Source: Polyangia bacterium
GTDB lineage: Bacteria; Myxococcota_A; Polyangia; JAAYKL01
Assembly: GCA_050287845.1 (NCBI GenBank)
Contig: JBNKCR010000055.1
Span: 160,001 to 224,000 of the forward strand
DNA length: 64,000 bases
Direction of reading: 5' to 3'
In this document: positions 1 through 11,025 of the stretch, piece by piece
Numbering within the stretch: the stretch's first letter is position 1
Layout: every line of letters begins with the position of its first letter
The notes under the pieces: generated by a model
Told to the model about the DNA's origin: nothing
The model's input: only the letters and a program-made list of their open reading frames with translations
Databases searched by the model: none
Program-made: the position numbers and the translations under genes

Positions 1-486
1 GAAAATGTGTCGCTTCAGGTGCAAAAATGTGCATTTAGCGATGGCCAACTGCAGGTCGATCTTATGCTGTCCAATAATGGAGACACAGCAATATTTGCAA
101 TTTCTTCGCCCAGGCGCATCGAGTTTGACCAGGGTTCCGGTGTGCTTCATCTATGGCTTTCTGACGAAGGCCGAAAGCGTGAACAAATGCCCGGTGTTGT
201 CAGAGAAATCAGTTCTCCCCCCAAAAAAGCCCTGAAACCGCGCGAACACATGGTGTTGAACATTCACGTTCCTGTCGACATCACACGGCTGGTTCCCCAC
301 GACGATCAGACGTTTCATCTGGAGGCCATCGACCTGACAAAGGCAGAACACGTTGAAATCCATTGTAACGTGGACGACAAGCCGTTCTACGCCGATAAAA
401 AAGAGACAGACATCACTAAACAGCTTGCGCACTGGGGAACCAGACTGGATATAAAAGCAAATATTGACCGAAAAAACGCGTATTAG
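1..486 (+). CDS. hypothetical protein (possibly 5'-partial)
   Basis: 159-aa ORF from GTG at 7; the frame is open to the window edge; globular-looking composition, no recognised motif. Confidence 0.6.
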   Translation, partial: ENVSLQVQKCAFSDGQLQVDLMLSNNGDTAIFAISSPRRIEFDQGSGVLHLWLSDEGRKREQMPGVVREISSPPKKALKPREHMVLNIHVPVDITRLVPHDDQTFHLEAIDLTKAEHVEIHCNVDDKPFYADKKETDITKQLAHWGTRLDIKANIDRKNAY

Positions 487-680
487 GGAAAGCATCGGGA
501 CAGTGCTCGAATTATTGATTAATCTCCTTAAAATGTGCTTGATACTGATATTCGGCAGTGATGTTTTCGCTGTTTCACCAACGGCGGGGATTGCTGAAAA
601 CGCGCAGATATGGTTTTCATGGTTCCTATTTTGCCCAGCCCCGCGTGTTCGCATGTATTCAACGTAGGGGAGATGGCTAC

Positions 681-929
681 ATGAAAACAGCGCTTCATCT
701 GAAAACGGTTCTCATCATGGCTACCATGCTCGTTTCGACTGCGGGAACTGCTGCTCAGTCGATAAACACCTCGTCTTGGCGTATCGCCGCTGGAAATGTC
801 TTTGCAGAAAGGGTGGGGGGGGCCTTAAGAAACACAAATAAATGCACCCTTCCCGGACTGGCTTTTTACCCTGGCAAAACCGCAAAGATGAGGGGCAAAA
901 AGGAAATTCGGTGGCGTAAAATGCGTTGA
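681..929 (+). CDS. small putative secreted protein or gene remnant
   Basis: GGGGAG upstream of ATG 681; signal-peptide-like N-terminus MKTALHLKTVLIMATMLVSTAGTAA; the rest is unrecognisable. Confidence 0.3.
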   Translation: MKTALHLKTVLIMATMLVSTAGTAAQSINTSSWRIAAGNVFAERVGGALRNTNKCTLPGLAFYPGKTAKMRGKKEIRWRKMR

Positions 930-1044
930 ACAGTGGGAGCCAACGCAGTGATTCGGAAACGAAATATGACAACATCCCCCCGGCTCCCTCGACGAAGGGG
1001 AGGCGGCGCAGATTTCCCTATACGCAATTTCTTTTACGGGTGAA

Positions 1045-2781
1045 TCAGTCGGCGGCGACAAACGCCGCTTTGGTGAGATCCGGGGATACGGGTGTGATTT
1101 CAGTTACTTCAAAGATTTTGAGGGGCGATGTTCCCGCTTCGCGATCTGCAACTTTGAACTCTGTGAAGATGGTTTTGGGCTGAATCACATCTCCTTTGAA
1201 TTTCAGTCTTAAATTCCAGTATTTGCTCAACGCCATGGCACCCACACGCATCAGCTTTCCTTTTACGTTCGGCTTACCGGCCAGGGCGAAGATTCGTTCT
1301 TCGAGAGCAACGGCGCGCTGATACTCGGTGTCGTTGACCGCATTGGCTTTGATGACAGGAAGCATGGCTGCGTATTCCAGCATTCGGGCCTTAATCTGTC
1401 TGGTACGCACCTTCATGTTTTCGGACTCAGCTGCCCTGCGACGGATATTCTCATATCCGCGGGTCGCTGTTTCTACCATGCGGTATATGGTACTCGAATT
1501 CACTTCGAATTCCTTGCGGAAGGCGCCTTTCAGCGTTTCTTCTGCCAGATTGCCGGGGAATGCGTGATGATTCCAGTTCAGCATTTTCTGACCATGCCAT
1601 TCTTCAAACGGCAGATCGGTTTTGATGAGACCCTTTTTCTGCAGGCGATGATACAGTCCGGTTACCGGAAGTGGCGTAAACAGCATGAACTGAACCGTGT
1701 CCGCTTCAATACCTATAATGAAATCAATATCTTCCTGAATGTTTTCCGGGGTATGATGCTCCATGCACAGAATGCCGGAACCCAGCACGGAAATTCCGGA
1801 ATCCCGCAGTTCCCGTACCAGATCTCTGGGCTCAATGCCGTTATTCTTTTCAAACGCGCCCTGGTCGGTTTTGGACTCGAAGCCTATCCAGGCAAACGTA
1901 ACGCCCATGCGCACCATATTGTCGACACCAAACGCGGTAATCGCTTCACAGGAGGAGAAGACATGGAAATTGAAGAAGCGGTTGTGTTTTTCCATCTCGT
2001 CAATCAATTCCAGCGCGCGTTCCCTGTCTTTCAGGAAATTCTCGTCCATGACGAAAAATGCGTCGGTTCCACGGGCATCCGCAATCTGACGACAGGTGTT
2101 GAAAATTTCTTTTCCGGAACCAAGGTAGGAGGTGTACTTCTTACCGAAAAAATGCGATGTGCTGCAGAAACTGCATGCATTCACGCATCCGACGCCGGGT
2201 ACCAGCAGACTGGCGGTGGGACCGGGTACCGGAACACCGAATATCCGCTGCATCTCCGTGGAGGGAAGCGCCGGGTGAACAATGGGATCCAGCAGACTTT
2301 GCCCGATGTACTCCCGCATCCAGTAAATGCCTTCGCCCTTCACCACATGGTCGCACTCCATAAGTTCTTCCACGCCTTCAATGGCGGCACCATGTCCCCC
2401 GAGGATGATTTCCGTGTCGGGGCAATGCTTTCGAACGAGGGATGCCATTTCCTTTGCTTTGACGAAGTTCGGGGTAATGAATGAAATTCCGACAGCATCA
2501 TAGCCTTTCTGGATTTCCTGAATAAACCTCTCCCGACTTGGGAAATCGAGAACATTAACGTCTGTATCCAGATTGGCAGCCATAAAATACAGGCCAAAGC
2601 TGCGATGATGAAATCTGAATGACGCAGATCCCTGTGCTTTGGTTACCTGGTTATGAAAGAGCTCCATGATGTTCTCTTTGCGGCCCCATTGGTCGTCTAC
2701 GCCAAATGGACCGAACACACCACTGAACAAAATTCGTTTACGGGAATTTCTGGTAGCAATCGCCTGGGTCATAATTCTCAC
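1045..2781 (-). CDS. cobalamin-binding (class B-like) radical SAM protein
   Basis: B12-binding-like N-terminal domain (YDAVGISF...IILGGHGA...VVKGEG), CxxxCxxC motif GCVNACSFC, FFVMDENF and IGFES motifs. Confidence 0.85.
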   Translation of the reverse strand: MRIMTQAIATRNSRKRILFSGVFGPFGVDDQWGRKENIMELFHNQVTKAQGSASFRFHHRSFGLYFMAANLDTDVNVLDFPSRERFIQEIQKGYDAVGISFITPNFVKAKEMASLVRKHCPDTEIILGGHGAAIEGVEELMECDHVVKGEGIYWMREYIGQSLLDPIVHPALPSTEMQRIFGVPVPGPTASLLVPGVGCVNACSFCSTSHFFGKKYTSYLGSGKEIFNTCRQIADARGTDAFFVMDENFLKDRERALELIDEMEKHNRFFNFHVFSSCEAITAFGVDNMVRMGVTFAWIGFESKTDQGAFEKNNGIEPRDLVRELRDSGISVLGSGILCMEHHTPENIQEDIDFIIGIEADTVQFMLFTPLPVTGLYHRLQKKGLIKTDLPFEEWHGQKMLNWNHHAFPGNLAEETLKGAFRKEFEVNSSTIYRMVETATRGYENIRRRAAESENMKVRTRQIKARMLEYAAMLPVIKANAVNDTEYQRAVALEERIFALAGKPNVKGKLMRVGAMALSKYWNLRLKFKGDVIQPKTIFTEFKVADREAGTSPLKIFEVTEITPVSPDLTKAAFVAAD

Positions 2782-2915
2782 CTTGGTTGTAAAATCGCAG
2801 TTGCACTATATTGCTGCAAATAAACTAATAGCACCCGGGGGTCACCAGGCAGTCATCCGGATGTCATCGTTCTGTCATGGGTGGATAAATTGAGGATAAA
2901 TTCTGACGCCAATAC

Positions 2916-3380
2916 TTATTTCTTTAATTTTTTCAACAGTCTGGGACCAAACCAAGCCAGGAGAATGGCAATCCCCACCATCAATGCGATCCGCGGAGAG
3001 CGGGCAAATCGAACAATGAATGGGGCAACAACCAGCAGCGCTATCAGCTGTATCCACTTTCGAAGCGTTCCCGTCTGTGCCGGCGACGGGGAGGGCGTAC
3101 CCCGGTGACCTCCGGATGCCGGTGGTCCGTTGGTTCTGCTCCCCACCACCCAGCGGGCATCGTCATAAGCGGATTTCAATTCGCTTTTTGAAAGCACCTC
3201 ATAGGCTTCATTCACCTCAACCAGTTTCTGTCGGGCGAGGTCTTCCAGGTCATTGCCCTGGTGTTTATCCGGATGATATCTGGAGACCATATTCCGATAT
3301 GCCTGGTGAATGTCACTGGCGGTTGCCGTTCTGGAAATTCCAAGAACTGCGTAATAATCTTTGGCTGGGTCAAATTTCAT
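2916..3380 (-). CDS. J-domain (DnaJ-like) membrane protein
   Basis: DYYAVLG...YHPDK...VNEAYEVL J-domain with HPD; two C-terminal hydrophobic segments. Confidence 0.9.
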   Translation of the reverse strand: MKFDPAKDYYAVLGISRTATASDIHQAYRNMVSRYHPDKHQGNDLEDLARQKLVEVNEAYEVLSKSELKSAYDDARWVVGSRTNGPPASGGHRGTPSPSPAQTGTLRKWIQLIALLVVAPFIVRFARSPRIALMVGIAILLAWFGPRLLKKLKK

Positions 3381-3415
3381 GGGGTCAATATAAAGATGGA
3401 TGGACTGGCTGCAAG

Positions 3416-4702
3416 CTATTTCGCAGATTTCAGATATGCCCCATACTCCGAATCAGTGGTAATCAGGAGCCAGGTGCGTTCACCCAGTGTGTTTCGGTAG
3501 CTTTCAAGGGTTTTCAAGAAGCGATACAGCTCCGGATCGCGCTTGTACGCTTCGGCATATATTCTGGCGGCGGCTGCGTCAGCCCGGCCGCGAATCTCTT
3601 CGGCTTTTTTGTAGGCTTCTGATTGAATGCGCTTTAAATCCCGGTCTTTCCGTCCGAGAATCTTGGCTGAAAGACCTTCCCCCTGAGAACGGAGTCTGGA
3701 TGCCACTTTGGTCCGCTCGGAGATCATCCGTTTGAAAACGGATTCCTGAACACTCGGAATGTAGTCGATTCGCTTCAATCGAACATCCTTGAGTTCAATG
3801 CCAAGTTCCATGGCTTTTTGAGATGCCTTTTCGATAATCTGTTCGGTAAGCGCCTGACGGCCCACCGCAATTTTATAGATATTGGTGGAGGAATCACCGG
3901 AGCTGGCGTCGCTCTCCAGCGCTTCCTGTGAGGCGACCGCAGCATCGATTCCGGTATTGTCATTTTTTATGAGGTCATCTGCAGAGGGCTCTGTGTCGCC
4001 CGCAGCGTCGTTGGCTGTATCTCCCGCGTTCGCTTCACCGGGCTCCGTTGCGGATGTGTCATCGGTGTTATCGGTATCCTCAGCGCCGGCTGTTTTATCG
4101 GAAACAGCGGCATTCTCCTTTTCCCCTGCATCCAATGCCCCTTCCGATCCCACTGCGGCGATTAATTTTTCCGCGTCTGACGGAGATGGTTTTTCCATCG
4201 CCGCGATTTCCGCATCCACATCGCCAACGGAACTCATCTGATTTTCTTTCTCTTCATTGGAAATAACAAACTGTCTATCGGTGCTGCGAATGGCTTCGAT
4301 GAGATTATGGTTGGCAATAACGTTGCGGGTCGCCGAATCCAATATGTCGTCAAGCCGCCCCTGTGCGCTCTGCTCATCGCGAAGTTTTTCAATGAATACA
4401 ATGGGATCCACGATTTTCCAGCGGGCGAACACATCAATGAGAATGTAGCGTTTGTCGAGGGTGGTAATCTGATTGGGATCACCGTCCCAGGCCAGCCAGC
4501 GCTTTTCGAATTTGCGGGCTTCAAACCAGGGCAGTTTAAAGTGGAGTCCCGGTTCGGTGACCGGATCTCCGGTAACTTTACCGAATTCCAGCAACACCGC
4601 CTGCTCGTCCTCCCGAACGGTATAGCTGCAGGTGAAAACCGTCACCGCAAGAATGGCAACCACCACGAGAATAACCAGCAAAATGCCTGAAGATTTATTC
4701 AT
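3416..4702 (-). CDS. hflC: FtsH protease modulator HflC with a long acidic insertion
   Basis: N-terminal TM, SPFH motifs (PGLHFKLP, DVFARWKIVDP, DVRLKRID, RMISER); 4-bp overlap with hflK. Confidence 0.93.
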   Translation of the reverse strand: MNKSSGILLVILVVVAILAVTVFTCSYTVREDEQAVLLEFGKVTGDPVTEPGLHFKLPWFEARKFEKRWLAWDGDPNQITTLDKRYILIDVFARWKIVDPIVFIEKLRDEQSAQGRLDDILDSATRNVIANHNLIEAIRSTDRQFVISNEEKENQMSSVGDVDAEIAAMEKPSPSDAEKLIAAVGSEGALDAGEKENAAVSDKTAGAEDTDNTDDTSATEPGEANAGDTANDAAGDTEPSADDLIKNDNTGIDAAVASQEALESDASSGDSSTNIYKIAVGRQALTEQIIEKASQKAMELGIELKDVRLKRIDYIPSVQESVFKRMISERTKVASRLRSQGEGLSAKILGRKDRDLKRIQSEAYKKAEEIRGRADAAAARIYAEAYKRDPELYRFLKTLESYRNTLGERTWLLITTDSEYGAYLKSAK

Positions 4703-5754
4703 TGGGCACCGCCTTTCAATACGCCAGCCGTCCGACCGGCAGCGCCGCCATCCTGTCCGAGGGGAAACAACATGGGCACCATTCCTTTGGTGGACTCATC
4801 CACAATGATTTTCTTTTCGATTGAGGAGAGGACTTCATTCATGGTTTCCAGATACAGACGGGTTCGGGTCACTTTGGGAGAGTCCTCATATTCCCGCTGG
4901 AGGGCCACGAACTTCGCCACATCACCCTGGGCTCTGTTGACGCGTTCGATGGCGTATCCTCTGGCTTCTTCGAGGATCTGATCGGCCTGACCGGCCGCCC
5001 GGGGGAGCTCTTTATTGTATTGGGCCAGCGCCTCGTTTTTCTTCTGATCCCGTTCCTGTTCCGCCTGATTCACCTCATTGAACGACGGCTTCACCGGCTC
5101 TGGCGGTGCGGAATCCTTCAGTTCGACCCGCTGCACCGAAATGCCGGTCTCATAGTCTTTACAGAGTGCCGCCAGGCGCTTTTTGGCCTTCTGCAGAATT
5201 TCTTCACGACCGCTGGTCAGCACTTCGGTAACGGAATAGTCGCCCACCACTTCACGCATGGTGGATTCTGACAAGTCCCGCAGCGTATCTTCCCCGTTTC
5301 GAACCTTGAAAAGAAACTGGACCGGATCAGATATCTGGTAGTGAACAATCCATTCCACAATGGCCACGTTCAAATCACCGGTGAGCATGAGGGATTCCCG
5401 CAATGTGCTATCGCCACGGGTGTACTGGGATTGAATTCCCGATGAAGTGGTGCGGAAGCCGAATTCCTGCTTCAGCTGTCGTTTGGCCTGAAGTTTCTGC
5501 GCCACCTGAATTCCGGGGATCAGATAATTCAACCCGGGTTGGTCCGTTCGGGTGTACTTGCCGAAAGTGGTGACCACGGCCAACTCGTCTTCGTTCACTT
5601 TATACAGACTCAGGGCGCCCAACACGATAAGCAGACCAACGCCAACGATAATCTTAATCAGCAGGGCGTTCTGTTTCAGGGCGCGCTTAATATCTTCGGG
5701 GCCCGGCCCGTCGTCGCCGAACGGCCCGTCTCCAAAGGGGGATCTGTTGCTCAT
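4699..5754 (-). CDS. hflK: FtsH protease modulator HflK
   Basis: TM, MLTGDLN, PPEPVKPSFNEV, VTRTRLYLETM motifs; directly upstream of hflC. Confidence 0.95.
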   Translation of the reverse strand: MSNRSPFGDGPFGDDGPGPEDIKRALKQNALLIKIIVGVGLLIVLGALSLYKVNEDELAVVTTFGKYTRTDQPGLNYLIPGIQVAQKLQAKRQLKQEFGFRTTSSGIQSQYTRGDSTLRESLMLTGDLNVAIVEWIVHYQISDPVQFLFKVRNGEDTLRDLSESTMREVVGDYSVTEVLTSGREEILQKAKKRLAALCKDYETGISVQRVELKDSAPPEPVKPSFNEVNQAEQERDQKKNEALAQYNKELPRAAGQADQILEEARGYAIERVNRAQGDVAKFVALQREYEDSPKVTRTRLYLETMNEVLSSIEKKIIVDESTKGMVPMLFPLGQDGGAAGRTAGVLKGGAQ

Positions 5755-5892
5755 ATTATTCTCCTCACGGTTAAGTGTTCACAGGGAACATAACACAGTA
5801 AATCCCAACGTAAAGTCTTTGATCAAAAGCCTCTGCGTTATCCTCGGAATTGTGAATGTCAGTAGTTGAATGCTGGATTGCTGAACCGCTTG

Positions 5893-6426
5893 TCACAGAT
5901 GTTTGTCGGCGTATTCCACCCAGCCGCCTGCACGTACCAGTGCTTCATCAAAGGGAGCGATGGTGAACGGAACGGTTTTTGCGCTGCTCGCCGATGTGAA
6001 GACCAGCGCCTTTTTATCGATATCCACATCGCAGGTTACATCTTCGTGGGCCATGGTGAAGAGATTATCGATTTTCTCCGCATCCATCTCGATGGCGAGC
6101 ATGCCGCAGTTGAACATATTCTGCCGGAATATCCGCGCATAATTGTTGGCAATCACCAGGGTAATCCCGTTTACTTCGAGCGCCCATGGCGCGTGTTCCC
6201 GCGACGAACCGCAGCCGAAGTTGGCGCGGGTGATGATGACCGAAGCCTGCCGGGTCGCTTCGCCGGCGGGGTCGAATCCGTCCAGTTGGAGATCTTCGAG
6301 CATGTGGGGGCCAAGGGCCTCTTTTTTCACTTCGGTCAGATATTTCGCCGGGATAATTTCGTCCGTATTTATGTCAGAACGGTCTAAAAACAATACTTTT
6401 CCACCAAATGTTTTCATTGCTCTCAC
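5893..6426 (-). CDS. leuD: 3-isopropylmalate dehydratase small subunit
   Basis: INTDEIIPAKYL, NFGCGSSREHAPWAL, ARIFRQN motifs. Confidence 0.92.
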   Translation of the reverse strand: MRAMKTFGGKVLFLDRSDINTDEIIPAKYLTEVKKEALGPHMLEDLQLDGFDPAGEATRQASVIITRANFGCGSSREHAPWALEVNGITLVIANNYARIFRQNMFNCGMLAIEMDAEKIDNLFTMAHEDVTCDVDIDKKALVFTSASSAKTVPFTIAPFDEALVRAGGWVEYADKHL

Positions 6427-6427
6427 C

Positions 6428-7717
6428 TTATTCCATCATCGTTCTGGGATCGCACAGCGTGCCTTTAATGCCCGATGCCACCGCCGCCGCCGGGCTCATC
6501 AGATGAACCATGCCGCCCTGGCCCATACGACCATTGAAATTCCGATTGGTCGTGGCCGCACAGACTTCCTCGGGGGCCAATACCCCATTCGACATTCCCA
6601 GACAGGCGCCGCATGTGGCGTTGGTAACACAGAATCCGGCTTCCATCAGGGTGTCCAGCAGCCCTTCCTTCATGGCCTGCCGGTAAATATCGGTAGTTGC
6701 CGGTGACACAATCCCCCGTACGTTGGGGGACAGTTTGCGCCCCCTGGCCATGGCAGCCGCTTCGCGCAGGTCGCTGATTCGGCCGTTTGTACAGCTGCCG
6801 ATATACACCTGATCGATGCGGATATCAGAAACCTCGCTTATTTTTTTCACCTGATCCGGCTTGTACCCCACGGTTACCACCGGCTCCAGTGTGGAAACAT
6901 CGATGTCCAGCACTCTGGCATATTCGGCATCTTCGTCCGACCACCAGGCCTTGAATGCCGCCAGGGCTTTCGATATATCATTATCGTACTCATCCGCAAT
7001 GAATGGCCACAGGTACTCGAGGGTTACTTCGTCGGGCATGCAGACACCGGAGGTACCGCCCGCTTCTATGGCCATATTTGTGATGGTCATTCGCTGTTCC
7101 ATATTCATGCCGTCGATGACCTCGCCCCGGAACTCGATCACGTGATCCGTGGCGCCATTCACCGTGAGCTGGCGGATTACTTCCAGGATGACATCCTTGG
7201 CATACACCCCTTTGCCGAGACTTCCGGTCAGATTGACTCGGATGGTGTCCGGCTGCCGGAAGGCGCAGACGCCTTTGAGAATACCCACTTCCAAATCCGT
7301 TGTGCCCACACCGGCGGCAAAAGCACCGAATGCACCATGGGTACAGGTGTGACTGTCTCCCATGATGACAGTGTATCCCGGACGGATGAATCCCTTCTCC
7401 GGAAAGAGGGCGTGACAGACGCCGTTTTCGCCAATGTCGAAGAAATCCGTAATCTGATGCCGCCTTGCCCATTCGCGCAGAATTTTGGACTGCACCGCAC
7501 TCTTGGTGTCCTTTGACGGGGTGACGTGATCGATGACGGCTTTGATTTTACTCGCATCAAACACCCGATCCTTCCGCCGCCACTCCAGGTCTGCGATGGC
7601 GATGGGCGTGGTGATTTCATGGCACATGACCACGTCCAGATTCAACACTCTGGTACCTTCAAACGGCTCTGCCTTTAAATGAGAATCAAATATCTTTTGT
7701 ACTAACGTTTTTCCCAT
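6428..7717 (-). CDS. leuC: 3-isopropylmalate dehydratase large subunit
   Basis: DSHTCTHGAFG, GSCTNGR, CGACLG, TTNRNFNGRMG aconitase-family motifs; adjacent to leuD. Confidence 0.92.
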   Translation of the reverse strand: MGKTLVQKIFDSHLKAEPFEGTRVLNLDVVMCHEITTPIAIADLEWRRKDRVFDASKIKAVIDHVTPSKDTKSAVQSKILREWARRHQITDFFDIGENGVCHALFPEKGFIRPGYTVIMGDSHTCTHGAFGAFAAGVGTTDLEVGILKGVCAFRQPDTIRVNLTGSLGKGVYAKDVILEVIRQLTVNGATDHVIEFRGEVIDGMNMEQRMTITNMAIEAGGTSGVCMPDEVTLEYLWPFIADEYDNDISKALAAFKAWWSDEDAEYARVLDIDVSTLEPVVTVGYKPDQVKKISEVSDIRIDQVYIGSCTNGRISDLREAAAMARGRKLSPNVRGIVSPATTDIYRQAMKEGLLDTLMEAGFCVTNATCGACLGMSNGVLAPEEVCAATTNRNFNGRMGQGGMVHLMSPAAAVASGIKGTLCDPRTMME

Positions 7718-7950
7718 GATCGTTAATTACTCCTTGTTTCTGATAATTTCTGTCGTGCGTCAATGCTTCCGGATGCCCGGACAAAGCGCCCGAAGAGAAG
7801 TATCAACTGTTTAGCACCTTTACGGATTAAGGGAATCATTATTTCAGGAAAATGAGCCAGTTTTCTTTCAGGTCGTCCCCGGGCATATTCTGCGGATGCA
7901 ATGATTGCCCGGTCTTGTGATTGTGTCTTTCTATATCTGTCTTATATTGA

Positions 7951-8427
7951 ATGCGTATGTTTATCCGTATTCGAATTATTGATATTTTTGAGAGACTCGC
8001 CGAGGTGGAGCAGTTGGCGGCAGAACTGTACAAGTATTATGCGATGCATTTTGCCGACAATCCCGGGGCTTGCGAATTGTTTGAGACAATGAGTCGTGAA
8101 GAAGAAGGTCACCGGGATCAGGTGCTTCGCCAACAGACCACCCTGTCCCGAACGTTTTCCGCCGGTGATTATGTTGAAGTGGATTTGTCCGGCGTGGATC
8201 AGGTGGCCAACGCCATGTTGCTCCAGATGAGGAAATCAGCGCCGTCCCTCAAAGATGCGGTGGGTTTTGCCATATGGATGGAATCCTCGGGGATGGAGTC
8301 GGCCTATCGGATGGCGGCCGCAAAATACACGCCCGAAATCTCCAGTCTGGCATCGGAAATTTCAGCACATGAAACTCGCCACCTGCAGCAGTTGAAGACG
8401 TTTCAGGCCACCCTGACGACACAGTGA
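7951..8427 (+). CDS. ferritin-like/rubrerythrin family protein
   Basis: Four-helix diiron-type pattern: E...LY, EEEGH, and a second E...ETRH. Confidence 0.8.
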   Translation: MRMFIRIRIIDIFERLAEVEQLAAELYKYYAMHFADNPGACELFETMSREEEGHRDQVLRQQTTLSRTFSAGDYVEVDLSGVDQVANAMLLQMRKSAPSLKDAVGFAIWMESSGMESAYRMAAAKYTPEISSLASEISAHETRHLQQLKTFQATLTTQ

Positions 8428-8462
8428 ACGGAACTCAATAATTCATTGGACCATAATTGGGA

Positions 8463-9560
8463 TCAACCACCGTTGCCTCCGTACATCGGCAGGTACAGTG
8501 TGAACGCCACCCCCAGACCATCGTTGGCCGCATCGATATACCCGTCGTGCAACTGGGCAATTCGGGAGGAGATCGATAATCCAAGACCGGTGCTGTCGGT
8601 ACCGGAATAAAAGGGATCGAAAAGGTCTTCCATATGAGATGTATCAATCGCGGGGCCGTTGTTTTCGATGCGCAGGCACGCCATGGCCTGCTCGCTTTTT
8701 ACCCGGATATCCACCGAGAGGCGGATGATGCCCGAACGCTCCCCAATGGCCTTTTCCGCATTGATGACAATATTGATTGCCAACTGAGCCAGTAGATCGC
8801 GGTCGGCCCGAACATACACCGGTGATTCGGGCAGTGCAAATTGCAGGGAAACGTCGGTTTGTCGCGCATGAGCCCCATATAACTCGCGGATCCGCTCGGC
8901 AACTTCTCTCAGGTCCAGTTTTTCCATCTTTGAGGGGGCCGGCTTTGCAAACGTCAGAAATCGGTCTGCAACATTCTGAAGCCGTTTTATTTCAGATACG
9001 TGAATTTCCCAGAGACGGCGTTCTTCACAGTCCCTGGGCACCACGGTGTCCACGATTTCCGAAGTGCCCAGCAGGGAGTGCAGAGGATTTTTGATTTCGT
9101 GGGCGATGCCCGCCACTGTCTGGCCCAGGGCACTCAATCTGCCCGCCCGAACCAACTGCTGCTGAAGGGACTCCCGTTCCCGCAACGAGATTTCCAGTTG
9201 ACGACGCTGTTTCTTTTCCTTGGCGGACAGATATCCGGAAATGGCGCCCAGAATGAAGTAGATGCCGATTTCCAGAATTTTTTCGATTCCATTGGCTGGA
9301 TCGAAATGGTGCGGCAGAATGAACGCGTGGGGAATATAGGCCAGAGTGACCAGAAAGGCGAACAGCAGACCGCCGCGAATGCCAGCCTGCAATGCGCCCA
9401 CCACAATGGGCAGATAGTACAATCGTCGCAGAACATCGTGAGCATGGATGTTTTCATGACCGGTGAGATAGTGAAAGAAAGTCACCGCCACCAGCGGGAG
9501 CCAGGCGCCAAGGATGACCGTCGGGGTAAGCAGCCACGCGCTGTGATGGGGGACCCTCAT
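8463..9560 (-). CDS. membrane sensor histidine kinase with His-rich TM input
   Basis: About 4 TM segments with many His; H-box GIAHEIKNPL, N-box NIVINA, ENNGPAI, FDPFY, GTDSTGLGL. Confidence 0.9.
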   Translation of the reverse strand: MRVPHHSAWLLTPTVILGAWLPLVAVTFFHYLTGHENIHAHDVLRRLYYLPIVVGALQAGIRGGLLFAFLVTLAYIPHAFILPHHFDPANGIEKILEIGIYFILGAISGYLSAKEKKQRRQLEISLRERESLQQQLVRAGRLSALGQTVAGIAHEIKNPLHSLLGTSEIVDTVVPRDCEERRLWEIHVSEIKRLQNVADRFLTFAKPAPSKMEKLDLREVAERIRELYGAHARQTDVSLQFALPESPVYVRADRDLLAQLAINIVINAEKAIGERSGIIRLSVDIRVKSEQAMACLRIENNGPAIDTSHMEDLFDPFYSGTDSTGLGLSISSRIAQLHDGYIDAANDGLGVAFTLYLPMYGGNGG

Positions 9561-10906
9561 TTTTCAATCCCGTATTTTTCCATGCGATAGGCCAGAACGT
9601 GTCTTGGAATTTTTAGCCACGATGCGGTTTTGGATACATTCCGATTTTGCAGTTGCAGCGCTTTTTCGATGATATTCTTTTCAAGGTCAAATAGCGAGAT
9701 CCCCTCCGAAGGCAACGGAATATTGTCTATCAGTACAGACGATGCATTGGCGGCGCTGGGCACAAACGGCAGATCATCGATTCGAACGACATCCCCAGGG
9801 GTGAGCAACGCCAGTCGCTGGCAAACATTTTCCAGTTCCCGGATGTTTCCCGGCCAATGATGGGTGCGCATGGCGGCAACTACGCTCTCCGGCAATTCCA
9901 TTGTGCGCCCTTCTGCAAATCGGTTGATGAAATGTCGAGCCAGCAGTTCAATGTCCTCGGGCCGATCTTTGAGAGGGGGTACGTGAATCTGTACGACATT
10001 AATACGATAATAGAGATCTGCGCGAAATCGTCCGGCTTCCACTTCCTCCGCCAAATCTCTGTTTGTGGCGGCCACTACCCGGACGTCCACGGCGGTCGGT
10101 GTATCGCTCCCCAGGCTGTCAATGGTCTTTTCCTGGAGCGCGCGCAGCAATTTTCCCTGAAGCATCAGGGGCAGCTCGGCAATTTCATCGAGAAAAATGG
10201 TGCCGCCGTTTGCCTGTTTAAACCGTCCCGGTCGATCGTTGATCGCACCGGTAAACGCACCTTTTTTGTGGCCGAACATCTCGGATTCAATGAGGTTTTC
10301 TGGCATTGCCGCCAGGTTGATGGGGACGAACGGCCCCGATGCCCGTCCACTTCGGGTATGAATCCGCCGGGCGATGAGCTCCTTTCCGGTGCCGCTGTTT
10401 CCGGTAACCAGAACCGACGCATCGGATGCCGCGAAGCGATCGGTCATATTGATGATGTCGCTCATGATTGCGGATTGAAAGAGGATAGGGCGCTCAATCC
10501 CACCGGCCGAAATACGCAGTGTATTGATTTCGCTGGCCAGCGCCTGGTGTTTCAGGGCTTTTTCGACCACCAGCAGCAGATGATCCCGGCTGAAGGGTTT
10601 TCCCAGAAAATCCGCAGCGCCCAGTTTCATTGCATCGACAGCCAGCGTTACATTGGCATATGCGGTAATGATAATAACTGGCAGTTCGATATACTCTGCG
10701 CGAATTTTCCGCAGGACATCGATACCTGAAATTCCCGGCATTTTCACATCGGTAATCACCAGATTGAATGTCTGCTCCGCCAGAAGATCAAGCCCTTCAT
10801 TGCCATCCCTGGCGGCAGTGACATGATACCCCGCCCTGGAGAGATTGAAAACAGCCAGTTCTCTGCCGGAGGCGTCATCCTCTATAATCAGTATTTTTGC
10901 TGACAT
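9557..10906 (-). CDS. sigma54-dependent response regulator (NtrC/ZraR-like)
   Basis: REC (EDD, TDVKMPG), Walker [29 protein letters not shown]-terminal HTH; overlaps the kinase gene. Confidence 0.95.
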   Translation of the reverse strand: MSAKILIIEDDASGRELAVFNLSRAGYHVTAARDGNEGLDLLAEQTFNLVITDVKMPGISGIDVLRKIRAEYIELPVIIITAYANVTLAVDAMKLGAADFLGKPFSRDHLLLVVEKALKHQALASEINTLRISAGGIERPILFQSAIMSDIINMTDRFAASDASVLVTGNSGTGKELIARRIHTRSGRASGPFVPINLAAMPENLIESEMFGHKKGAFTGAINDRPGRFKQANGGTIFLDEIAELPLMLQGKLLRALQEKTIDSLGSDTPTAVDVRVVAATNRDLAEEVEAGRFRADLYYRINVVQIHVPPLKDRPEDIELLARHFINRFAEGRTMELPESVVAAMRTHHWPGNIRELENVCQRLALLTPGDVVRIDDLPFVPSAANASSVLIDNIPLPSEGISLFDLEKNIIEKALQLQNRNVSKTASWLKIPRHVLAYRMEKYGIEK

Positions 10907-11025
10907 ATGAAGATCTTACAGCCTTTTACCGGAACATCAACCGAAACCATGATCCGGATTCGTGGTTTACGAAGCAGGTGAAATCCCGGGCGCATATTTG
11001 AGGATCCATTGAATCGGATTTCGTT

